Below, one piece after another: positions 47,837 through 56,037 of a stretch of 64,000 nucleotides of DNA. Location of the stretch: positions 349-64,348 of the forward strand of contig CAZUON010000005.1 in NCBI GenBank assembly GCA_964621345.1. The letters run 5' to 3'. Position numbers and translations under genes: made by a program. This stretch comes from an uncultured Glaciecola sp. (GTDB lineage: Bacteria; Pseudomonadota; Gammaproteobacteria; Enterobacterales; Alteromonadaceae). Below the pieces are notes generated by a model. The model made no database searches. It saw only the letters and a list, made by a program, of their open reading frames with translations, and was not told the origin of the DNA. The first letter of the stretch is position 1. The number at the start of each line of letters is the position of its first letter.

Positions 47837-48745
47837 GTGCTTAAAATTAGTCAAGTATCAAAAACCTACGCCAACGGCGTTCACGCGCTAAAAAATGTTG
47901 ACCTAAATATCGCAAAGGGCATGTTTGGTCTGTTAGGCCCCAACGGCGCTGGCAAATCGAGCTTAATGCGTACTATCGCCACTTTGCAACAGCCAGACTC
48001 GGGTAGCATTATGTTTGATAATGTAGATGCGATAAATCAGCCACAAGAGCTGCGTAAGCGCCTTGGGTATTTACCACAAGACTTTGGCGTCTACCCCCGT
48101 ATAAGCGCGTATCATTTGCTTGATCATTTAGCCATTCTAAAGGGCATCGAAAATAAAGCCGAGCGACGAGAAACTGTAGACGGCTTACTCGCGCATACCA
48201 ACCTCTTTCAGTTTCGTAAACGTGCGGTCAGTGGATTTTCAGGCGGTATGAGACAACGTTTTGGTATTGCTCAGGCCTTACTCGGCGACCCTGACTTACT
48301 GATTGTAGATGAGCCTACCGCAGGGCTTGACCCAGAAGAACGTAACCGCTTTCACAATTTGTTGGTGAGCTTGGGTAGAGACAAAGTCATTATATTATCG
48401 ACTCATATTGTAGATGATGTATCGGAGCTGTGCGAAGACATGGCCGTCTTAGGCCAAGGACAAATACTCTTACAAGGCAACCCCATCAGCGTCACACAAA
48501 GTCTAGAGGGTAAAATTTGGCGTAAAACCGTGCAGCCTCACGAATTAGACGATATCTCAAGCGATCTAGATATCTTATCCACTCGTTTGTTCGCCGGGCG
48601 CAGCGTCGTCCATGTAGTGGCAAACAGTCAACCTGAAGGCTTTGAGCAGGCTCCAGCCACTTTAGAGGACGTATACTTTAATACACTAGCAGGTGGTGCT
48701 CGCAGCACTGGGCAAAGCACTTCTCACCAAAATAGCGCAGCTTAG
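47837..48745 (+). CDS. ABC transporter ATP-binding protein (ABC-2 type)
   Basis: Walker A GPNGAGKSS, signature SGGMRQR, Walker B LLIVDEPTAGLD and H-loop STH. GTG start. Confidence 0.92.
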   Translation: MLKISQVSKTYANGVHALKNVDLNIAKGMFGLLGPNGAGKSSLMRTIATLQQPDSGSIMFDNVDAINQPQELRKRLGYLPQDFGVYPRISAYHLLDHLAILKGIENKAERRETVDGLLAHTNLFQFRKRAVSGFSGGMRQRFGIAQALLGDPDLLIVDEPTAGLDPEERNRFHNLLVSLGRDKVIILSTHIVDDVSELCEDMAVLGQGQILLQGNPISVTQSLEGKIWRKTVQPHELDDISSDLDILSTRLFAGRSVVHVVANSQPEGFEQAPATLEDVYFNTLAGGARSTGQSTSHQNSAA

Positions 48746-48754
48746 GAGTCAATC

Positions 48755-51700
48755 ATGCTTTTTAATATGATGCGCTTCGAATGGCGCTATTTTACCCAGC
48801 AACCTTCTTTTATTGTTACCAGTTTAATCTTTTTTCTCTTACCGTTTCTCGCGGTCACGATTGAAAACGTGCAAATCGGTTCGTCATCTAATGTGAATAT
48901 CAACAGTCCTCATGCGATTGCACAGGCCTTACTGATATTCGCTGTTTTTGGTATGTTTTTGGTCGTTAACTTTGTAGCCAACACTGCAATGCGTAACGAT
49001 TTAAGCACTATGAATGAGATAGTGATCAGTAAACCACTTTCGACCTTTCAATATCAGCTTGGACGATTTTTAGGGGCTTATTTAGTTTGCTTAACCGTTT
49101 TTGCCATGATACCCCTGGCCTTGTTAATTGGGTCTATCATGCCATGGCTTGACCAAGAGCGCTTAGGCCCCGTTATCCTCAGCCATTATATTGTGCCTTA
49201 TGTGGTTTTTTCGATGACGACCTTGTTTGTTTTATCAAGTATCTTTTATGCAGCCGCACTGCGTTTTAAAAGCATGATGGCGGTTTACCTATTGGCATTA
49301 GGCATATTTATGCTATACGCCATTTCAGGGCAAATTTTTACCGAACCTGACCAACGTCAGTGGTTAGCGATACTTGACCCCTTTGGTTTGAACGTTTATG
49401 GCGATGTAGTGCGCTACTGGACCCCTATTGAGCGAAACACCCAAGTTATAAGTCTTGATCAGACGGTATTGCTCAACAGAGGCCTATGGATTGGGATTGG
49501 CTTGTTGGTGATGTTTGGCTTAGGGCGCTTTTTCTCTCCTTTAGGGCTACAAGCACCATCTGCGAGTAAGCGCACTCAAGGTAGCATTGACCCTGCAATG
49601 CTAAACAACAAAATTGATAGCTCTTATTCAAATGATCATCCTAGTTTAGCCTTTATAACTCGCGTAAAGTTTGAAATGAAGCAGGTCTTTCTCTCCCCTG
49701 CCTTCGGGATTTTAATGGTCTTTTGTGTCTTTTCATTGATATCACAACTTGTTGATCCACCAAACATTTATGGCGCAGCAAACTGGCCATTAACGCAATA
49801 CATGGTTGAAATGATCCAAAATGCCTTTGGCTTATCCTTGATTATTGTAATCACCTATTACACCGCAGAAGTCGTATGGCGAGAACGTACTGTGGGTATG
49901 GGCGATATTATCGATAGTATGCCGGTATCCAATTTTACCTTTTGGTTTTCAAAGTTCATTGCAGTGAGTCTGGTGGTTGTAGCGGTCCAGCTTGCTGGTA
50001 TGTCAGCAACCTTGCTTTATCAACTAAGCACTGGATTTTTGCAGTTTAATATCAGCCAATACCTCATTTCTTTGTTTTATTTCCAAGCACTCCCTTGGAT
50101 TTTGTTAGTGGTGCTTGCTTTCTTAATCCAAGCCCTCAGCCCTGGTAAGTATGTGGGTATGCTGATTTTTGTTGGCTTCTTTTTTGTATCACTTGCATTT
50201 TCAGAGCTTGGTCTTGAACACAACATGTTCAACTACAGCGCCTCTCCTTTTATGCAATATTCGGATATGAATGGTTATGGCTGGTTTTTAGTTACGCAAA
50301 ACTACTATATGTTGTATTGGGGAGCACTTGCGGTGGTCTTCAGTGCTATTAGTTATGCATGTTGGCAACGAGGACCAGAGAGCTCCTTAAAAACTCGTTT
50401 ATCTATGTTGAGCTATCATTTAGGTAGTGCTGGGAGAACACTTGTAATTTTGGGTACAGTCTTGTTTATTGGTATGGGAACGGTGATTCATTACAACACA
50501 ACCGTGACCAACGAATTTGTTACTAACGAAGAAGGTTTGCAGTTGCGGACTGAGTACGAAAAACAATATGCCCAATACGAAGATGCCCCCCTCCCGATGA
50601 TCACAGCTATGAATATCGACGCCGCTATATTTCCACAGCAGCGAAAAATTGAAATCATGGCGGATATGACCTTGGTAAATAAAACTGAGAAAAACATTGA
50701 CCGATTTTTGGTGAATCTGCCACGCTTTTCGTCAGACATCATTTTACAAATTGGGCAAGGCAAGTTAGAAAGCGTTAATGAAGACTTTAACAACGCTTGG
50801 TATATATTAGACGAAGCCCTCGCGCCAGGACAGACTGTTGATGGGAAAATTCGTTTGGTACGCCAGCATTTTGGCTTTAAAGACCGTGGCGAGGATACCA
50901 CCCTTGTTAAAAACGGTACTTTTATTAACAACTTCGAGTTATTGCCCACCTTTGGCGTTAATACCTCATTGTATTTAAGCGATAAACATGAGCGCAGAAA
51001 ACGCGACTTACCGCCGCCAAAGCGCGCGTACGATTTAGAAGATAGCAGTCGTTATAACGAGAGCTTTTTTGGTCCTAATGTTGGCTTAATTGATTTTTCA
51101 GCCACTTTATCGACAAGTGAAGACCAAATTGCTATTGCACCGGGCTATTTAGAAAAGTATTGGACTGAGGGCGAACGCAACTATTTCCGCTACGAAATGG
51201 ACAGCCCCATGATCAATTTCTTTAATATTATGTCGGGCGATCTTGAGGTCAAAAGTGAGATCCATAAAGGCGTAGATATCACGGTATACTACCATCGTGA
51301 CCATGCGTGGAATGTGGATCGTATGATTGAATCAACAAAGGACTCACTCGACTTGTTTACCGAGGCTTTTGGACCCTATCAACATAAGCAATTGCGGATC
51401 ATTGAGTTCCCGGGTTATCGCCGCTTTGCGCAAAGTTTTGCCAATACAGTACCTTACTCTGAGCGCATAGGTTTTATAAGCGATTTACGAGATAAAAATG
51501 AGATAGACCCTGTCTACTATATCACCGCGCATGAAGTGGCTCATCAATGGTTTGGGCATCAACTTAATGCTGCAAATGTGCAAGGTAGCGCGATCATCTC
51601 TGAGGCTTTATCGCAATACGCGTCTTTGCAGGTGATGCAGAAAAAGTACGGAGAGGACAAAATTCGTAAGTTCTTGAGTTTTGAGCTCGACAGCTATTTA

Positions 51701-52312
51701 CGCGGACGTACTCAAGAGAACATAGGCGAAATGCCTCTGATGCGCTCCGAAAACCAGCAGTATATTCATTATCGTAAAGGTTCTGTAGTAATGATGGCTA
51801 TCGCTGATCGTATTGGTATGGATGCGCTTAATACGGCACTTGCCGAATTAATTGCTAGGTTTAAGTTTTCTGAGACGCAACAAGCTACCACGTTAGACTT
51901 ACTCGCGGCGATCAAAAAACATGCTGATGAGAGTCATCACGCGTTTATCGAACAACAGTTTGCCCAAATCACCTTGTATGATCTTCGCCTAGAGGAAGCT
52001 GAAATAAGCGAACAAGCAGGACAGTATGAAGTGACCTTAGCCATCGAAACAGCGCAGTTTAATGCCAGTGCAGATGGTGAGGAGAATCAGGAAGATTTTG
52101 AAGACTACGTCGACATCGTTTTATTTGCAGAAGACCCAGATGATTTTGCAATAGATAACGAAATTCTGTATCGCCAGAAGCATTTACTTACACAAGGTAG
52201 CAATACACTTAGCATTACACTAGATAGTAAGCCAAAGTATGCCGCAGTGGATCCCTTTATTCGTTATATTGACCGGGAGACTCGGGATAATGTAAGGATG
52301 TTAAAGGATTAA
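48755..52312 (+). CDS. Fusion protein: N-terminal polytopic ABC-2-type permease region plus C-terminal M1-family (aminopeptidase N-like) zinc metallopeptidase domain
   Basis: 1185 aa. The first roughly 560 aa are highly hydrophobic with many TM segments. The C-terminal part has HEVAHQWFGH...SEALSQY (HExxH plus a distal Glu). It lies 9 nt after the ATPase gene. Confidence 0.85.
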   Translation: MLFNMMRFEWRYFTQQPSFIVTSLIFFLLPFLAVTIENVQIGSSSNVNINSPHAIAQALLIFAVFGMFLVVNFVANTAMRNDLSTMNEIVISKPLSTFQYQLGRFLGAYLVCLTVFAMIPLALLIGSIMPWLDQERLGPVILSHYIVPYVVFSMTTLFVLSSIFYAAALRFKSMMAVYLLALGIFMLYAISGQIFTEPDQRQWLAILDPFGLNVYGDVVRYWTPIERNTQVISLDQTVLLNRGLWIGIGLLVMFGLGRFFSPLGLQAPSASKRTQGSIDPAMLNNKIDSSYSNDHPSLAFITRVKFEMKQVFLSPAFGILMVFCVFSLISQLVDPPNIYGAANWPLTQYMVEMIQNAFGLSLIIVITYYTAEVVWRERTVGMGDIIDSMPVSNFTFWFSKFIAVSLVVVAVQLAGMSATLLYQLSTGFLQFNISQYLISLFYFQALPWILLVVLAFLIQALSPGKYVGMLIFVGFFFVSLAFSELGLEHNMFNYSASPFMQYSDMNGYGWFLVTQNYYMLYWGALAVVFSAISYACWQRGPESSLKTRLSMLSYHLGSAGRTLVILGTVLFIGMGTVIHYNTTVTNEFVTNEEGLQLRTEYEKQYAQYEDAPLPMITAMNIDAAIFPQQRKIEIMADMTLVNKTEKNIDRFLVNLPRFSSDIILQIGQGKLESVNEDFNNAWYILDEALAPGQTVDGKIRLVRQHFGFKDRGEDTTLVKNGTFINNFELLPTFGVNTSLYLSDKHERRKRDLPPPKRAYDLEDSSRYNESFFGPNVGLIDFSATLSTSEDQIAIAPGYLEKYWTEGERNYFRYEMDSPMINFFNIMSGDLEVKSEIHKGVDITVYYHRDHAWNVDRMIESTKDSLDLFTEAFGPYQHKQLRIIEFPGYRRFAQSFANTVPYSERIGFISDLRDKNEIDPVYYITAHEVAHQWFGHQLNAANVQGSAIISEALSQYASLQVMQKKYGEDKIRKFLSFELDSYLRGRTQENIGEMPLMRSENQQYIHYRKGSVVMMAIADRIGMDALNTALAELIARFKFSETQQATTLDLLAAIKKHADESHHAFIEQQFAQITLYDLRLEEAEISEQAGQYEVTLAIETAQFNASADGEENQEDFEDYVDIVLFAEDPDDFAIDNEILYRQKHLLTQGSNTLSITLDSKPKYAAVDPFIRYIDRETRDNVRMLKD

Positions 52313-52321
52313 CAAATGAAT

Positions 52322-52354
52322 AAAAAAACGCCCTCAATTGAGGGCGTTATTCTT
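52322..52354. terminator. Bidirectional terminator between convergent genes
   Basis: AAAAAAACGCCCTC-AATT-GAGGGCGTTATTCTTT. Confidence 0.6.
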
Positions 52355-52375
52355 TAACCAATATACGTTTAACGC

Positions 52376-54772
52376 TTAGTCAAAGTAAGCTCTAAAAGTA
52401 AGACCAACCGTTCGTGGCTCACCAATACGATAGCCTAAACGCGCTCGCCCGCCGCGCTCTCTATCGAATGACAACAAAGCATTTTCATCAAATACATTAT
52501 TGATATAGAAAAGTAGTTCATACTCATCGTATACCAGTCCTGCACTGATATTCAAAGTGTCATATTCGTCTAAGGTTAAGTCAACTTGAGTCACTTCCAA
52601 ACCAGTTGCACCACCAAAAGGTAGGCCCGATTGGAAACTACCAGCCCCCGCAACTTGGTCGCTAGGTTGAGTAATTCTATCTCCTACAAACTGATATGAG
52701 CCTTGAATATAGGTGCTAGTGGAACCAAGAAGCGGCTCTTCAAATTCGTAGGTAGTTGAAATAGCGAAAGAAGACTCTGGAACCGATGCTAAACGATTAC
52801 CCTCTGCAACTCCGCCCAATACATCACCATTACTGTCAAACACCGTACTACCAAATTCGGCGTTTATAAAGCTTCCTGCCAATGATAGGAATAAGTTTTT
52901 GGTTGCTTGGCGAGTAATTTCAAATTCAATACCTTGGGTTGATGCCTCAGGAACGTTAAACGATATTCGCGAAGAACAAGAGCCCGCGTCCAGCGTTACT
53001 TGCAAATCTTCAATATCTGAATAGAAAGTTGATATATTTGCACTCCAACCTTTACCCGATGACTTCATCCCAAGTTCATAGTTAGTCAGTGTTTCATCGT
53101 CGTAATCCTGAAATCCACCAAAAACGTCCAAATCTTGTGGATTACATAAACTCTCGTTTAATGGGTCATTAACGCCGCCTAAACGAAAACCTTGAGAGAC
53201 TTGAGCATTAAGATTTACTGTATCGTTAAGTTCGTACTGCGCAATTACCCTAGATGTAAAACCATCAGACTCTGTAGCATCGGTCTGGTCATCGCCATTC
53301 GAAAATAAGCCGCCAGTGGTGAAGCGTCTTGTTTCTTCATAGTCATACCAACGACTACCGACTGTAACAATTAACTTTTCGGTGAAAGCATAGTTAATCT
53401 CCCCGAATACAGCGGTTTGCTCCAAATCGTAGGGTAAAGAAGCGTTATATGGAGAATCAGGACCAAAACCATTAGCGACCGCAGCTGATGTTCCATCACC
53501 CAAAGTGGCATCTGTAACAGCATCATAACCAGGAGTAGGAAGTCGTTGACTATAGCTACGCTCGGTATCAGAGCTAAACGCACCAACGACCCATTGCAAA
53601 TCACTATCGGTATTGGATGCAGCGCGAAGCTCAAAAGTATCCTGTTCGACTTGTGTTCTATCTAACAAATTGGATGGAAGCGTAATGGATGAATCTGGGA
53701 AGCCTAAATCTATACTTACGCTGCCGGTTAGCGCGCTGGCATCTCGACTCATCAAAATATCGCGGTCTGTATAGCTATATACAAAGGTAATATCAGCAAT
53801 ATTTGTTTCATATTCGGCAGTGAGGTCAGCAATTAAGGTATCGTCTTCAAAACCTTCTTCAAGCAATAAAAATTGCTCTTGCTCATTGAATGTGACAGGA
53901 GGACGAGTTGTCGTATACGGATTGGCAAACAGGTTAAATGCCTCTTGTCTGTTTGAACCATTCACGCTGATGTTTTGCAGTATTAGACGAGGCGTAATCG
54001 TCAGCTCATCTGTTGGGGTGTATTTGAAAGCAATGCGACCACCAAGTCTAAAGCCATCATTGACGTCCTCTTTTATACTGCCATCTTCTCCTAATGCGTC
54101 GACAAAACCTGCATAATCGGTTCGATAAAATACCGCTCTCATTGCTAAGGTATCGTCAACTAATGGAACATTTACCATACCTTTTACATGATTCCCAACG
54201 CCGCCATCGGTTTGAGAGTTAAGATTGACCTCAACTTTTCCCTCAAAACTATCCATCTCAGGTTGGTTGGTAATATAGCGCAAAGTACCACCGATAGAGC
54301 CGGAGCCAAATAATGTACCCTGTGGACCTCGCAAAGTCTCTACCCTACTTAAATCAAAAAAATCCAAATCAGGGGTAAACAATGAAAGGGAAATAACACT
54401 TTCATCTAAATAAATCCCAACTTGTTCTTTAACTCCGGGCTGATCCCTTACAATTTGCCCTGCAGAAACACCTCGCATCGATACCTGACTTTGACCAGGA
54501 CCTAAATTTTGAATCGAAACACTGGCAATGTTCCGTGAGATATCTTCAAGGGTAGTCGCTCCAGAACGTTCAATATCTTTTTGAGTTTGAGCATTGATAG
54601 AAAATGGCACATCTTCAATAGCAAGTGAGCGTTTGGTGGCAGTAACAATGATTTTTTCTACATCATCGTCGTTTTCATCCGGAGCTTGAGCATAAGCGGG
54701 GCTGCAAAATACGCTTGCGAGCGCAAGACCAATAAGGCTTTTTCGAAACATAAAGTGTTTTGTGTGTGTCAT
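52376..54772 (-). CDS. TonB-dependent outer-membrane receptor
   Basis: 798 aa. Signal peptide ending AYA, TonB-box-like EKIIVTAT and plug motifs (RVETLRGPQGTLFGSGSIGGTLRYIT). The C terminus is FRAYFD, with an extra Asp after the usual terminal aromatic residue. Confidence 0.9.
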   Translation of the reverse strand: MTHTKHFMFRKSLIGLALASVFCSPAYAQAPDENDDDVEKIIVTATKRSLAIEDVPFSINAQTQKDIERSGATTLEDISRNIASVSIQNLGPGQSQVSMRGVSAGQIVRDQPGVKEQVGIYLDESVISLSLFTPDLDFFDLSRVETLRGPQGTLFGSGSIGGTLRYITNQPEMDSFEGKVEVNLNSQTDGGVGNHVKGMVNVPLVDDTLAMRAVFYRTDYAGFVDALGEDGSIKEDVNDGFRLGGRIAFKYTPTDELTITPRLILQNISVNGSNRQEAFNLFANPYTTTRPPVTFNEQEQFLLLEEGFEDDTLIADLTAEYETNIADITFVYSYTDRDILMSRDASALTGSVSIDLGFPDSSITLPSNLLDRTQVEQDTFELRAASNTDSDLQWVVGAFSSDTERSYSQRLPTPGYDAVTDATLGDGTSAAVANGFGPDSPYNASLPYDLEQTAVFGEINYAFTEKLIVTVGSRWYDYEETRRFTTGGLFSNGDDQTDATESDGFTSRVIAQYELNDTVNLNAQVSQGFRLGGVNDPLNESLCNPQDLDVFGGFQDYDDETLTNYELGMKSSGKGWSANISTFYSDIEDLQVTLDAGSCSSRISFNVPEASTQGIEFEITRQATKNLFLSLAGSFINAEFGSTVFDSNGDVLGGVAEGNRLASVPESSFAISTTYEFEEPLLGSTSTYIQGSYQFVGDRITQPSDQVAGAGSFQSGLPFGGATGLEVTQVDLTLDEYDTLNISAGLVYDEYELLFYINNVFDENALLSFDRERGGRARLGYRIGEPRTVGLTFRAYFD

Positions 54773-54841
54773 GTTATCTTCCTTAATTATTGTGTGTATT
54801 CAACTATAAGATTGACAAACAAATACTGAAAATTCCAGTTT

Positions 54842-54864
54842 TAATTATATTTATCATATAATTA
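54842..54864. promoter_or_regulatory. Perfect 9-bp inverted repeat, a candidate operator upstream of the TonB-dependent receptor
   Basis: TAATTATAT-TTATC-ATATAATTA lies 70-90 nt upstream of the start at 54772. It is AT-rich and Fur-box-like in composition, but I cannot score it. Confidence 0.2.
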
Positions 54865-54993
54865 GACACAATACAGTCTTACAGAACACGGCATGAACCA
54901 ATCTAGCATTACACAATCTGCGCTATGCCATTACTTGGATAATGAATAAAGGGGATTTATTTCTTGAGGAGCGTGACGATTAGCGGCGCTATT

Positions 54994-56037
54994 TTAAAGG
55001 GTCATTTCGCCGCGCAGGTTTGTACTCATTAGAGCTTGTTGTTGTTCAAAGTTGAGATGATTTTGACTTAACACATAATGAAGTTTTGCAAGTGCAGCTT
55101 CTGGGGTAATGTCTTTTCCAGAGACCACCTCTGTTTGCTGTATTAGCTTCCCATTCGCATAGCCCGACATATCGACTTTGCCACGAATACATTGGGTACA
55201 ATTTAATACAATAATTTCTTTCTCACGCGCTAATTTTAATTGCTTTAACAGTGCAGGGTTTGACGGTGCATTACCGACGCCATATGTCAGTAAAATAAGC
55301 GCTTTTACTGGTTGTTGCAGTACATTTGCAAGCAGCTCAGTACTCATTCCCGGATAGAGGGTCAACATCCCTACTGCTTGGCTCTGAATATCGGCCACCA
55401 CTAAGTCATCAAAGTGAGCCGGCGCTGATTTGATGTCTACGTGAGATTGAATATGAATACCTGCATCTAACAACGATGGATAATTGGGTGAATCAAAGGC
55501 ATGAAAACCATCTGCATTGACCTTACGGGCGCGATTTCCTCTGAAAAGGCTATTATTGAAGAATAAACTCACCTCACCAATCGCGTAATTTGCTGCAATG
55601 AACAGTGCATTGAGCAAGTTAGCTTGTCCGTCTGAACGAAGCTGTGCTAGCGGAATTTGCGAACCGGTGACAATCACAGGCTTTGCCAAGTTTTCGAACA
55701 TAAACGACAATGCAGAGGCTGTGTAGGCCATGGTGTCTGTACCATGCAAAATAATAAAGCCGTCGTAATCGTGATAATTGGCCTTAATGTCATTCGCAAT
55801 GAGTTGCCAATCAGCTGGCACCATGTCGCTTGAATCAATCAAGCTATCGTATTCGTGCAAGGTAAATTGAGGCATCTCAGGGCGATGAAATTCTGGTAGA
55901 TTAGCTAAAGTCTCAGTTAAAAACCCTGCAACAGGCACAAATCCCTTGTCAGAAGCCTGCATACCGATGGTACCTCCGGTGTATGCAATATAAATACGCT
56001 TTGCTTTATTCACCGATTGCTCAGCTTGTTTAGTCAT
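54994..56037 (-). CDS. ansA: L-asparaginase, type I (cytoplasmic)
   Basis: 347 aa. IAYTGGTIGM active-site motif and HGTDTM. ATGA overlap with the upstream DUF349 gene stop. Confidence 0.9.
   Translation of the reverse strand: MTKQAEQSVNKAKRIYIAYTGGTIGMQASDKGFVPVAGFLTETLANLPEFHRPEMPQFTLHEYDSLIDSSDMVPADWQLIANDIKANYHDYDGFIILHGTDTMAYTASALSFMFENLAKPVIVTGSQIPLAQLRSDGQANLLNALFIAANYAIGEVSLFFNNSLFRGNRARKVNADGFHAFDSPNYPSLLDAGIHIQSHVDIKSAPAHFDDLVVADIQSQAVGMLTLYPGMSTELLANVLQQPVKALILLTYGVGNAPSNPALLKQLKLAREKEIIVLNCTQCIRGKVDMSGYANGKLIQQTEVVSGKDITPEAALAKLHYVLSQNHLNFEQQQALMSTNLRGEMTL

Noticed and set aside
50491-50949. 152-aa minus-strand ORF inside the permease/M1 fusion gene
   Set aside because: It is a shadow ORF antisense to a continuous 1185-aa CDS with transporter and HExxH features.
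54938-54949. GATAATGAATAA as a Fur box upstream of the second TonB-dependent receptor
   Set aside because: Only the first 8 positions match the GATAATGATAAT half of the Fur consensus. It lies about 170 nt from the start codon and has no dyad partner. That is too weak to call.
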